Source of the DNA: Hormiphora californensis
Lineage: Eukaryota; Animalia; Ctenophora
DNA: 64,000 bases
Assembly (NCBI GenBank): GCA_020137815.1
Contig: CM035353.1
Coordinates: forward strand, 4,402,001-4,466,000
Reading direction: 5' to 3'
This document shows positions 1-12,437 of this stretch, piece after piece. The notes beneath the pieces are model-generated. The model was not told where the DNA came from. It saw nothing but the letters and a program-made list of their open reading frames with translations, and ran no database searches. The first letter of the stretch is position 1. Each line of letters begins with the position of its first letter. The position numbers and the translations under genes were made by a program.

Positions 1-3000
1 CTAGATGTCCTCTCATTCCCTCGGGGATCTTCCTTAAGTGGTTTCGATGAACAACGTATTTACAGTCACCCGTTTTTCTTTTCCAATCCTGTATTCTTTG
101 CACCAGAAAATCGTGCTGATCCCAAGCGTCAATTATAATGTATGGACCCTTAAAGTTAGTTACTAACTTGTAGTAATTATTAGATGTGTCTTTCGGCCTG
201 TAGATCATCACTTTGTCTCCCACTGCTAGGCTCACGGCTTGTTTATTCCGGTCGTATATCCTTTTTGAAGACGGTGTGTCATTCTAGGTTGTTACCCGCC
301 AATCGGAATATCTTTCTAAGTTCTTGGTACATGTCACTTGCCAGATGATGCTCACTCTCAAAGAACTTTGTGATCTGGTCTGGAATATGACATCATCCAA
401 TCCAGTCATCTCTCTTCCGGTCATTAACCGGAAAGCTGAATACCCTGTGGACCTGTTTATCGCTGAGTTTACTGCTAATTGTAGTCGCGGTAGTGCTTGC
501 CTCATTGTCCGGGATTATCCCCCACTGTTTCTGTAACAGATGTAGTAGCACCTTATTGAACCGCTCTGCTATTCCATTCTTCCTTGGGGATGGTACGGTG
601 CACAGTACTTTTCTTCCCCTAAGAGAAATAGGTATTCATGACCTCCGCCGTTTTGAAAGTCGCAGCATTATCAGTTACTAAGATCTGGGGCGGTCCCCAG
701 ATGCAAACGTAGTTATCTAGAAAGCTTTTGCTATGGTGGTAGCCTTCTCATTAGCGATGGGCACGAACACTACAATTTCTGTGAATTTGTCAACCATAGT
801 AAGCACCTTGGAAATCTTCCCCTTTCGATATGTACCACGTCCATGTTAACACACATGCCTGGGTATTTATATGTGTATGGTTTCAACTCCGGTATGGGTT
901 GTTTCCGGTAGTACTGGTTAGTCTTGAAGCAATCGCTGCAGGTCTTGCAGAACAATCGTACTTCTTCTTGCATATTAGGAAAATAGAACTTCTGTCTTAT
1001 TCTACTTTCGGTCTTCTCGGACGACTGGTGTGCTCCAGCCACTGTGTGGCTTGCCTCTATGACTTTGACTATTTGTGACTCTGGTACGCAAGTTAACCAG
1101 CGGAACTCTGTGAGTCCCGGGTTACCATATCTGATGCAAATGGTATCTTGATCCCCTATCTTCAGCCGACTCAGCTTGTTATAGTATTGTCGTTCCTGAG
1201 GTGGTAGCATGTTGGGATCTCCTGCTTTTTCCTCTTCTCTGATCCACTTGCGTACACTTTTAAAAGTAGGGTCTTCCTTAGACTCTCTCAAGAATTCCTC
1301 GTCTCCTATTACTTGGGCTGGTTTTGTTTCCTCACTCACTTGATTCACAACTTTAGACTTATCTTCTTCTTCTTTACCCGCTACTGCATCCTGGATTCCT
1401 TGCTTGATGTAATCGTATAGCCCTGATGAAGACTGAGGCAAGGCTGGTCTGCTCAGAAAATCAGAGACCACGTTCTCTTTCCCTGGTACGAACTTGATAT
1501 CAAACTCGTACTCCGACAATTCCATACTCCATCGGATTATAGCATTGGCCGTTGATTTCTTTAGGAAAGTCCCGAAACTCATGGCTTTGCAATCGGTCTG
1601 CAGAACAAACCTTCTCCCATATAGATAGAATCTCATCCGGGTTATCGCCCAGTATGCAGCGTAGAATTCTTTCACGAAAGATGGCCAGTGTAATTGTGAG
1701 GGGTTGAATACTTTAGATCCATAATGGATGGGATGCATTTTTCCATCGTCTGATTCCTGCATCAAACAGAACCCCATACAGTATCCTGATGCGTCCGTAA
1801 ATATATTGAGCGTCTTGTTAGGATCCGCCCAAACCAAGCAGGGCGGGTTCGTCAGGGCGGTTTTCACGGCCTCGAAGCTGTTTTTAGCTTCCTCCCCAAA
1901 TTCAAACTTTTCCGATCCTTGGAGTAGCGAGGTTAGGGCTTTAGCTTTTTCTGCGAATTTAGGTACGAACTCCCTAAAATACCCAGCTAATCCCAACACT
2001 CTTTGGACATCCTTCTTTGATTTCGGGTCTGGCATCTCCAAAAGATCCTTTATCTTCTCTTGGTTTGCGTACAGCCCTTCTTCTGTTAGTTTGCATCCCA
2101 AGAACATGACTTCCCGTTGAAATAGCTCGCATTTCTCGGGTTTCAGTTTGAGCCCACCAATTTTTAGTCTCTCGAATATTAGCTTCAGATTATCCATCAT
2201 GACCTCAGCATTGGCTGCCCCTGATATTATATCATCCAAGTAAACCGCGCAAACATTCGCCTTCAGGTCCCCGAAAAGCCTATCAGCTAAAGACTGCAGG
2301 GCTGCTGGGCTTGTTCTCGCCCCCAGGGCACCACCTTGTGCCTCCAGGATCATCGAATTCAGCCTATAGTCGTGACGTCTCTAGAGTCTTCATGTAGTGG
2401 TATTTGCCAGAATGCGGAGCTAAGATCCATGACGCTCCACATTTTGCATTCGAACCAAATATTCCTAGTTTCTTGGACCGTTGGGAGGTGGGTGCAAATT
2501 AGACACCGTAGCGTCATTGAGTATAGCCTGAAATCGATACACATTCTATTCTTTCCATTCTTCTTCTTGACTATCACTAAGGGGGACCGATAAGTAGCTG
2601 TGCTCGGTTCCAACACTCCCATTTCAATCATGTCTAGAATCATCTCTTTAGCCGTTTCGAAGCTGTGCATGGGTATGGGTCTATTTTTGTTAACACAGTG
2701 GCATTTTCTTTAAGTTTTATCTCATGTGTATACAGGGTAGTTAGACCCAGTTCCTTATCTGAAAGACTGAAGATTTCTTGGTATTCCTTTACCAATTCCC
2801 GAACTTGAGCTTTCTGCTCCGGCGTTAGTAGAGGGTTGTCTTCGAACTGGAGTTTTTTGAGTATAGCTTCTACTCTTCTTTCCTCTCCCCATTCCCAAGT
2901 GGGTATATCCGATTTCCAGTCTCCTTCGGCCAATTCAGTGACCGTTCCTACCACAATCTCCTGTGGCAAAGTGCACACTCATGGGCTCGTCCCCCTGTCC

Positions 3001-3600
3001 CGCATTCACTGGGATCGCTGTCTCTGCACCTGTTAGTGTAACAAGACAGGTACTCTCCCCGCCCCCCACTTTGGAGCTGTAGAAGCATGTAGCGGAAATG
3101 AGATCTCGCCCTCAATCTCGCATGTAATTGTTCCTTTTCCTTGTAATGGGTTATCTCTTTTAAGTTTCACATTTGCGACTCTGGATGGTCCTCGTCTGAC
3201 CTTCATTATTGTTGATTGCTGGTCTTCCAGCATTAAAGTTAAGTCATTAAAGTTCAGCTTAGCTTTTGTCTGTTCCAAGAATTCAGTTCCTAATATAATT
3301 GTCTCTACAATACCAGCAATAATAAAGCGTACATTTAGCATTTTTTCTCTAACTCTGAGTTGGAGTTTTCGTCTGTCCTTCTACAGCTAGCCCTCCTCCT
3401 CCAGCTGAAAGGAGGCTCACCTTGTGTCCTCTCTTTTTTGTTTTTTAACCAATCCCCCATTATACGGGAAGTATCAGATTATATTGGATCCTGTGTCCAC
3501 TAAGGCGGGGTCTTTCTATTGTCATTTCTACCACTAAATAATAGTGTCCGTCTCCTTCTGAGACATTGCCTACAACTGAAATGTTCCTCACTATCTCCTC
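1..3600 (-). pseudogene. pol: Gypsy pol polyprotein (PR-RT-RH-IN), frameshifted
   Basis: ORF pieces 3033-3341 (IILGTEFL protease), 2359-2670 (SPLVIVKKKNGKNRMCIDFR), 770-2353 (VYLDDI, FTDASG, DFLSR, H-x4-H..C-x2-C integrase zinc domain), 284-505 integrase core; many 1-bp indels. Confidence 0.93.
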
Positions 3601-3604
3601 TTTT

Positions 3605-5396
3605 CTAGTTTCCGGCCCTTTCGTTTTTATCTCCGCTTCCTGAGTCTTGATTGGTTCCTGATCTCCCACCAAGTTCTCTCCAGGGCCCTCTCCAGAAGCG
3701 GATATTAGTTTGATGGAGCCTGTCTAGGTTGCATTCGCTGGGCTGGGGGGTATCTATTATCTTGTAACGCTCTTTCCACTGCATCATTTGGTGTGTTTCC
3801 TTGTGTTTCTCTGCATTGGGTCGAGATATGCCCTTCCTTGTTGCACCTGTAACATCTCCACCTTAGGGCATCGGTTTGAGAGGTGTCCCTCCATTCCACA
3901 GGTATTACACGTCATAGGTCCCCTGTTATCCTTGGTTGGTTCCAGGATCCTCTCTCTGCTGTTGGTACCCACTCGGACCAGGTTGGTTCCAGGATCCTCT
4001 TGCCTGCTGCTGGTAACCGCTCGGCCCCTGCTGGTTCCAGAGCGCATCCCTAGGTGGTTGACGATACCTGTTGTTTCCCAGGTTGATTCCACTGTCCTTT
4101 CCTCTGTTGTCCGGCATTGTTCTGGCCTCTTCTGGGGCTCTGGTTTCCTTTTGCTGAACTGTAGCAGTTTCTAGCCAAGTGTCCCGTCTTCCCACAGTTG
4201 TAGCAGGCCCCCTTTTCCTGAATTGACCTTGCTTCGCCGCATTCCTTCCGGAGATGTCCCTCTTTTCCGCAGTTGTAACACCGTTTTGTGTTCTCGACCA
4301 CATTGAATACCATGCGGCTCGGAGTATCCTCTGCCGGTCTTGCCTGATATACCGCTTCAAGTTCTATGGATGTTTGACTGCCTCCTCAAACTCGTTATGT
4401 TTGGCTTTCAGCAGATCCTTTCCGATTCCATCATCTCGCACCCCCAGGGTGAATACGTCCAGCATTACCGATTTCCTCATATTCTCCTCTTCATATGCGA
4501 CCACTGCATCTTCTGCTAGTCTCGTTGCGAAGTCGGACATTCTCTCTCCTTCTCTTTGCCTCGCATCAAACAGCTTTGATCGAGATTGTGCTTTTGGATG
4601 TACTTCTTCCAATTCCCTCATATCTCGTTCAATGCCTCTTCTACCGTTGGCCTTGGGTCTCTTTCTCCTAAGTTCATCCGAAGAACCCTCTTTTGTGCTC
4701 TTGGTCGAGGTATGAGGTCAGGAGGTTTATTAGTGCCCAGCTGTCGTCAGCAATGTTAGATGCCTTGGAATAAATCTTGAACGTGCCAGGTACGATCTGA
4801 TGTTATCAATCCCAGAAGCAAATTTCGGGGGTCTCATAGCCACTGCTGTTGTTCTCTCTCTCGGCCTGTTTTCTGTAGGTACTGGCAAATTGTCCATTAC
4901 TGGTTTGCGCGTCCAGGACCCTGCGACTGACCTGATAGTTGTTCTCCAGTGCAGTGTATGCTCCGTGCATTCTTCTTATCTCTCTCTCCAAGTTTTCCAC
5001 CTGGTCCGATTTCCTGTGAAACAAAGCCAGTTCAGTTCTTAAAGTGTTCCACATGTTATTCTCCGTGTTCGAGATCTGGGTTCAGGAGTCTGGCTGCTTG
5101 TTGATATTCTGCTATCTCCTGGTCTATCATATCTCTCTCCCGATCTCTCCTTCCTGTAGTCTTTGCCTGTCTCTCCTCCTCCTTTCCTCTGCATGCTCCA
5201 TCGCTATTTCCACCTCATCTCGTACTCTCTCCTGTTGGCCCTCGTTCTCTTCTTCTCCGCCCCTTTCTTGTTGTACAGCTGCAGCCGCCGCCACAGCCAC
5301 AGCCGCATTTGCATTTTCCAACTGTTGCTGTTCTACCCTTAGTTCATTTTCTAATGCCTCCAATTGGAGTCGATCTTGCTCTTGTTGTCCTTCCAT
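3605..5396 (-). pseudogene. gag: Gypsy gag with coiled-coil N-terminus and four CCHC zinc knuckles, frameshifted
   Basis: RQREGERMSDFATRL (capsid/MHR-like) in 4364-4621; knuckles CYNCGKEGHLRKEC, CYNCGKTGHLARNC, CNTCGMEGHLSNRC, CYRCNKEGHISTQC in overlapping ORFs 3705-4313. Confidence 0.9.
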
Positions 5397-7860
5397 TCTA
5401 TAAAAAGTTGGCTTTATTAGTTTTATTCCTTATAAAGTTGTTTTAGTCATAAATATTATTCAATTGTCCAAACGATATATGTCAGTGGTTACAATCTATT
5501 CTTAAGTAAAACATCCTCGTGTTACGTTGTATAAACTTTCCTTTTAACAATCATATTCTCTATTTCACACGATTGTTTCAAATGATAAAATGTATTAAAC
5601 GATTGTTTCACACGCCGCTACTTAAGTTTTATTATCTTAAATATATCACATATTTCTTCACATTTTATATGTCCTTGCATATTACTTTTAATTTATAAAA
5701 GCAATTCTCTATCTTCACTGGAATTAATTGTTGTTGATCATACTATATGACCCTCAATCTCCTGTGATTCGCTCGCCCTATTCAGTGCTGTTGCATAAAC
5801 GTAAGCTCTCTTAGTGTTTTTGGAGCATTGTCTATCTCTATTCTCAATCTAATTGCTTCTTCCGCATTCTCTGTCGAGATGTGATATGTCAATAGAGTTT
5901 TATACAATTCAATACTCCGTACGATGCTCTCCCATCTGCTATTTCTCTCTCGTCCTCTCTTAGTGTTTTGAATTTATAGTAGCACTTTATTCTTAACCCA
6001 TCCTCCGAGTCAGTGTTCCGTGCCCCGACGACCAAATCATTCACTGTCATGTTGTCTCCTCAGTCCTATTCCCCGTTCAATAGGCGATGAAAGTCTCTGA
6101 TTAGTTCCTTCCACCACCATATAACATATGTCAAGCAATACTTTTGCAAGACCAGTGTTCGTTGGCCTCATATGTTACTACTTGACTTACTTCTATCTCT
6201 CCGTCTCTGGGTACCGGTGCTATGAAGGTTACATACCTCCAAAGAAGTCCAATTGTCTAATCCTCGATGACTCCCTATAAATGGTATCCGGCCCCCATAA
6301 TATGTGTGCCTCTATTGTTTCGTGGATTGTTCCTGGTATTCCATCACTGTTAGCCCTACCCGGCCAGCTGATCCTCGTTGTTCCGTGCCTCAGTGTAAGT
6401 CTCCTCATCCTCTGATTCTGTGTCGGACTTATTAACCATCCTTGCTATAATGTGTACCGGTTAGTGATGTATTTTTTCCATCATGATTCATTAACACTCT
6501 CTGATTCTTATTCATAAACACACTATACATCATAATTATTAATTTACAATCAAACTTCCACACGAATTATATTACTCTCACAATTAATAATTAGTACAAC
6601 TAGTCCTTTCTCCGCAACTACAGAATATGGCGGACTTGGTAACCGTAGAATAGCATTCCCTTTAATCTTGTATACGTCTCCTCACAGAGCCATATCAGAT
6701 CTAGGGGTTGTTACCTAATAAATAATACTTTCATTTCTGTTTCATACACTGCAAATACCGCATCCAGTCTGGGATAGGGTATTACATTATTGTCTGATAC
6801 CTCCCGCTATAAAAGCTTAAGCTATAATCAATAAATCATACCAATTACCACACGCCACATACCACCGCCCTGCCTTGCAGGTCGGGCAGCGTGCGTTGTA
6901 TCGAACCACCACCGCGGGCGTGGGGCGATCCCCCACATTCTCACCTGTCCCCACTGATTGTACGTCTGAAGCTTTCACTTACCTTACTGGGGATGATTCG
7001 ATGGCTCACCAATACCGCTTTCATGTGTCGTGCCTCTGTGGTGTGTGCCTCTTTGTTGTCCCTGCCTGTGAACTGTACCCCACATAGAATACAGTTATTC
7101 TCCTCTATTCCGTCCTCCTTATTCAGCCCTGGAAATAAATGTGTTCGAGACAGATCATTAGGTATTCGTTGTCCCCGTTTAATTATAATTATCCATGTTT
7201 AACCCCTTAATGTGATGGACGTTCCAAGTGATGGGATGCCTGTTGACCTCTTGCCATATACCGGATGATTATTTGGTGAGTACCAACAGACAGTATTATC
7301 ACAAACATTCAACAACATTTATTCTTACAGGACAATCACAATTACTGCCACTACTAACACTTGGTATTCAATAGTCAGTCAAACTCCTTATAAGAGATTA
7401 CAGGACAACTCATTACAGGACAACCACGTATTTATTGAAACGTATACTTGGTTTGTTCAGGGTGATGCGAACACGGGTGAAAGATGAAGTATCATTAATT
7501 TTGGTCGGTAATCTTCAAAAGACATGTCTCCATGCATATAAAAGTCATAATTACTGCATAATAACACACGATTCCACTCCAAACGGACAAGTCAGGTTGA
7601 ACTGCATGCTGATAGTGTTGTGGGGTATAGTAGGTTTGAGTCGTTATCATATGAGGAACATGAAGAAGAGGATTGACGTGCAACTGGGAATATTGTACTG
7701 TCTGAAAAGTATTATTTAGTTAATTGTAAACATAGACACAGACAGTCGCCCATTATCACTGCCTAAGAGAGAACAATAGAACAGTTGTGGCTTTAGTTGT
7801 GGTCATGCAATATAGAATAGAGAGACAGCATGGAACAATGTGAGAGTAATAATAATATCA

Positions 7861-8100
7861 CTACTCGTTACTACTGCTGACCACTCATTACTACTGGTGA
7901 CCAGTCGTTACTACTGCTGACCAGTCATTACTACTGGTGGCTAGTCGTTACTACTGCTGACCGGTCATTACTACTGGTGGCTAGTCGTTACTACTGCTGA
8001 CCACTCATTACTACTTATGACCACTCGTCACTCGTTACTACTGATGACCACTCGTTACTACTTGTGACCACTCGTTACCAGTCGTGACCACTCGTTACAT
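7861..8100 (+). repeat. Minisatellite, ~20-bp unit (ctactgctgaccactcatta-like), ~12 degenerate copies, upstream of element B gag
   Basis: Directly visible 20-bp periodicity. Confidence 0.9.
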
Positions 8101-8263
8101 CCTGGAGCATGTCGTAACGAGTGGTGTCATCAGAGTATAGTCAGATCTTCGTAGCTAGATCTTCACTGGCATCTCGACCAGGTACGTGACTGGGACTACC
8201 CTAGACGACCAGCCACATACACACGGCAACACATACTACAAACTGGTGCTGTAACTGTAGTCC

Positions 8264-9982
8264 TTGTGTTGTTACAGTGTGGATAATTCGAATCCAATCG
8301 ACAAAACGACTGACTTAGTAGACGACGTTTCAGAAACAGTTTCATTTGATTCACTTGGTTTTGAATCAAGTGAACTAGAAAAAGAGCCTGATCTATATTC
8401 AACACCTTTGAAAGGGGGTGAAATAGATCAAATCCCAACCAATAGCGAAAGCAAATACCAGGATTTGATTGCCAAAATGCCAGGCAAAGATGGCAGTCAA
8501 ACCCCGCCACTAGATGGCAAAGAAGATGTAAAATTAAATATTTCTCCTTCAAAATTGAACGACTCCTCTGTACCAAAATATTCGGAGGATCTAGTAAAAC
8601 AAAAATTTAAAGAATTTCGCAGAGAAATGACAACGACTTATGCTGCTGCGAATAAATTCAAGATGTGGGACGAAAAAATGAGCATTTCTAAATTCATCAA
8701 AAAATTTGAGAACCACGTCAACCTTATCTCTCTGAACAGAGACAAGGCGTACAGTTGCTTTCTAACTTACCTCCCTGACGATAGAAGAGAACAGTTAGAA
8801 CAACTTAATTTGGACCCTGACCAACTATACGATTGGGAGGGTCTCAAACCAATCATCATCAGCACGCTGACGCCAAAATCACAGAAAATGTCCGCGAAAG
8901 TAGAACTGCGAAAAGCGAAACAGAAAAGAGATGAGTCAGCACTAGAATTTTATGAAAGGTTGGTTAACATCGCCGATAAATACTTCGACGGTGTTAACAC
9001 ACCAGATCTCAAAAGCCATGAAAGAGAAATGGAGAAGAAATTCTCACAAAAGTTACTGAGAGAAGCATTTTTGAGCGGTTTACTCGATGCGCGCCTAGCG
9101 GCCGACGTCTCCTGTCTCAAGGACCACACCGAACATCAACTAGCCGAAGTAACAATGGAGAAAGAACTGGCACTCAAAGAAGCTCTTCTGATGAGATCTC
9201 AAAACGAGGACACGGGGATAGTTACTCTACCTATCCCAGTTACTGATACGATGGGACACAATATGCAGCACTCACAACACGTGCTAGCAGTCCAAGATAC
9301 CCAGAAAACATCGTCCCAAACAAAGGCCCCAAGAGACAATGGACCAGATCAATGCTACAACTGTGGGAAGGAAGGACACTTCGCCAGAGATTGCCCCTCA
9401 CGACAACAGTTGGCAAGACAGCCACCATCACCGTGCACAAAGTGTGGGGGATGGCACTGGAACAGCGAATGCAGATCATCTGAAGCACGCATCCAACGAT
9501 TCCAGCAGTCCAACAATAACAGGAGGTGGAACAACAGGAATGGTAATGGAGGAAGCTACAATAATCGTAGTGGTCCCCGACCCGGTAACCGGAATAACTA
9601 CAACCCCAGGAACAGAAACAACAACGGATACCGAGGAAGAAACTTTAACCCTCCCCAGAGAAACAACAACTATCAAGGGAGGAACTATGGGAACAACTTC
9701 AATAATAACAACAATTGGAGGCAAGACAACAACAATTGGCGACAAGACCAGAGCAGATACCAGCAGGGCCAACAAAACTATACGTGGCGACCGACTAACA
9801 ACACAAACCAGAATAAACAACGCCAACCCATCAACATGATGCAACAACAGATCACAGCGCCTATGGCACAACTAGCCATTGACGACAAGCCAGGCAGCAG
9901 CGGATTCAACGAGCAGGAGCAGGATCGATCATACAACATGGCACTGGTGGAGAACATCTTCAATGACCAAGCTTTAAACTAA
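8264..9982 (+). CDS. gag: Gypsy Gag (intact ORF, true start uncertain) with two zinc knuckles and an N/R/Q/G-rich tail
   Basis: 572-aa ORF; KQKRDESALEFYERL capsid motif; CYNCGKEGHFARDC and CTKCGGWHWNSEC. Confidence 0.9.
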   Translation: MCCYSVDNSNPIDKTTDLVDDVSETVSFDSLGFESSELEKEPDLYSTPLKGGEIDQIPTNSESKYQDLIAKMPGKDGSQTPPLDGKEDVKLNISPSKLNDSSVPKYSEDLVKQKFKEFRREMTTTYAAANKFKMWDEKMSISKFIKKFENHVNLISLNRDKAYSCFLTYLPDDRREQLEQLNLDPDQLYDWEGLKPIIISTLTPKSQKMSAKVELRKAKQKRDESALEFYERLVNIADKYFDGVNTPDLKSHEREMEKKFSQKLLREAFLSGLLDARLAADVSCLKDHTEHQLAEVTMEKELALKEALLMRSQNEDTGIVTLPIPVTDTMGHNMQHSQHVLAVQDTQKTSSQTKAPRDNGPDQCYNCGKEGHFARDCPSRQQLARQPPSPCTKCGGWHWNSECRSSEARIQRFQQSNNNRRWNNRNGNGGSYNNRSGPRPGNRNNYNPRNRNNNGYRGRNFNPPQRNNNYQGRNYGNNFNNNNNWRQDNNNWRQDQSRYQQGQQNYTWRPTNNTNQNKQRQPINMMQQQITAPMAQLAIDDKPGSSGFNEQEQDRSYNMALVENIFNDQALN

Positions 9983-10007
9983 TCATGCCTCGGCCACAGA
10001 CCGGGGC
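9973..10007 (+). promoter_or_regulatory. -1 programmed ribosomal frameshift signal (T_TTA_AAC slippery site plus stem-loop)
   Basis: gag ends GCT TTA AAC TAA; the -1 frame TTT AAA CTA ATC ATG is the pol frame; 7-nt spacer then GCCTCGG-ccacaga-CCGGGGC hairpin (9987-10007). Confidence 0.85.
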
Positions 10008-12263
10008 TACCACTAATAGCTACACACGCGACACCGAAATTTTATCGCGCATTCTAACAGTTGGTAATAAACACACCAACTCACTTTTCGCAGCAGGAAA
10101 AATTAATGGCTATGAAATAAAATTGTTAATTGATAGCGGTGCAGTCCTGAACTGCATGTCTAAATCAATGCTCGAACAATTAAAAATCCCAAAAAGCGCT
10201 ATAGAACAGACAAACTACAAACTTATCGGAGCCACGGGTCACAACTTAAGAGTGTTGGGATCTATTAGGAATACAATCATTCATCTAGGGAGCCTAAAAT
10301 TCACGCTTGACTTCATCATCATTGACGAGATCATAGCACCACTAGTCCTAGGCTCAAATTTCCTCATAGATAATGCGTTAGTGGTAGACCTAGAGTGCAT
10401 GGTTCTCAGAAAAGGGAATCAACAAGTCCCGATTCTGGTTCATAAAGCTAGAGACACTGCAATACTCGTTAGAACACGAGAGGACACCACCGTCCCTGTA
10501 GGACAACAGGCTATAGTCACATGTGTAGGGCAAAACACAAATGCACTTAATAGCACCATAACCAATGGTACGTATCTGTACACTCCTAGCACATTATTCT
10601 GGCCTAAAACAGAAAATGATCCACCGTCTTGCTTAGTAGATATAGTACAATCTAAAATACCCATTGCGCTGGAAAATACTGATGCAGAAGCAGAGTATTT
10701 CTTTCCAGCAGGCACAATTTTTGGTTATCTCACACCGGTAGAAAAAGCAATTAAGAATATAAGTGAGGTTATGTCACCGACTAGAAAACTAAGTAAAGTC
10801 ATTCAAGAGCTGAAGATTGACAGCAATGAATACCTGAGCAACGAGAATAAACAGAGACTTAAAGACTTAGTTAGCGAGTATATAGACATTTTTTCATCTC
10901 ATAAATATGATATCGGGCTCACAAATGTACATTGTACTAGAGGCTGAATTAAATTTGAAGGATGATACCCCAGTGGCACTACCACCTAGACGCGTTCCTA
11001 TACATCTCTTACCACAAGTTCGTAAAGAGATACAAGCCCTTTTAGAAATTGGGGTCATACAACCATCACAATCGGCTTATAGTGCACCAACAGTGATAGT
11101 GAAGAAAAAAGGGTCTGATGACGTGCGAATGTGCACTGATTACAGACAGTTGAATGCTAAGACTGAGTCATTCACATCTAGTATACCACCGTTAGACGTA
11201 GTTGTCGCTCATGTAGGGGGAAAGGAATTCTATTCATCCCTTGATCTCACAAAAGGTTACATGTCTTTACGGATTAAGGAATCCGACAAACATAAGACTG
11301 CATGGAACGTACCAGGAGTAGGTCTATTTGAGCAAAATCGTCTTGGCTTTGGACTTAAAAATGCACCCAGCTGCTTCTGCCAGGCCCTCACTATGATTTT
11401 TAAATAGCTTCCAAACAATATCCAAGTGTATTTGGACGATATACTTATTGGAACGAATTCGATAGATCAAATGCTCACTAATCTCAAACAGGTGTTTGAA
11501 TGCACTAGGCAAGGGGGATTGAAAATATCACCCACCAAGTGCTCATTGTTAGTAAGAAAAGTTAAATTTTTAGGCGCATGGCTTAGCAAAGAAGGCTACG
11601 AAGCAGATAGAGAAAAGATAAAAGCGGTCAGAGAAACTCCATTCCCTAACACCAAGAAGAAGCTAATGAGCTTTTTAGGGATGATAAATTGGTTCAGAAA
11701 TTTACTAAAAAATTGTGCAGCTGAAATTAAACCGCTTACCGACCTACTAACTGGGTCAAATTACAACATAAAACCAACACCCGAGGCCCAACAAGCTTTT
11801 GAAATGATTAAAGACAAACTCACAAGTGTCCCTGTTCTTGTTATGCCTGATGTCAAGAAGAAATTTTATTTGTGGTGTGATGCGAGCTTCCAAGGATTAG
11901 GATGTGCACTAACTCACAAATTTATTGATCAAAATGGCAATGATTACTTTAGACCCATTAGCTACGGAAGTAGAACACTCACACCAGCCGAACAGAAATG
12001 GCCGTCGTTTAAACTGGAGATGAGAGCGGTGCTTTGGGCCATAGAAAAGTATGATCACTTACTATACGGGGCTCAAGAACCGTTCGTAGTTTTGACTGAT
12101 ATGAAATCACTCACACAATCTGGCTATTTAAATAAAGCAACATGTAGATTACTCCTTTCTTGGGCCATCAAATTATCCTAACACATACACCTGGAAAAGA
12201 TAACCAATTAGCCGATTTCTTGTCTAGAAACCTACCCCAAAAGTCAGGCGACCTTTGGAACTA

Positions 12264-12437
12264 CAGTCGGACCCCGATTTAACGGCACCCTCGGGGGAAA
12301 GGATTTTGTCCGTTAAATCGGGGTGTCCGCTAAATCGGGGTCAAATAATGTTAATTTCCCATATATCGGGGGAAGATTATGCTGCCGTTAAATCGGGGTG
12401 CCGCTAAATCGGGGGCCGTTAAATCGGGGTCCAACTG
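12264..12437. mobile_element. Tc1/mariner (pogo-like) MITE inserted in element B pol
   Basis: TIRs CAGTCGGACCCCGATTTAACGGC / GCCGTTAAATCGGGGTCCAACTG with TA duplication; removal restores the LWNYWEDK reading frame. Confidence 0.93.

Larger units (their letters stand above)
1..7200 (-). mobile_element. Ty3/Gypsy LTR retrotransposon, element A copy 1 (runs off window start; 5' boundary approximate)
   Basis: Minus-strand order gag (CCHC knuckles), protease (ALVDTGS near 3490-3510), RT (YLDD), RNase H (FTDASG), integrase, which is the Gypsy domain order. LTR ends not resolved. Confidence 0.92.

Noticed and set aside
1-5400. Numerous frameshifts as programmed recoding, including C_GGA_AAC at the gag end
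   Set aside because: Indels differ between the two near-identical copies and look like long-read error or decay; the gag-pol frame relation cannot be fixed here.
1728-5403. Plus-strand ORFs overlapping element A (and the equivalents at 28969-32058)
   Set aside because: Antisense shadows of purine-rich retrotransposon coding sequence.
7861-8100. 20-bp repeat array as CRISPR or coding repeat
   Set aside because: Degenerate minisatellite without spacers or a supported ORF.
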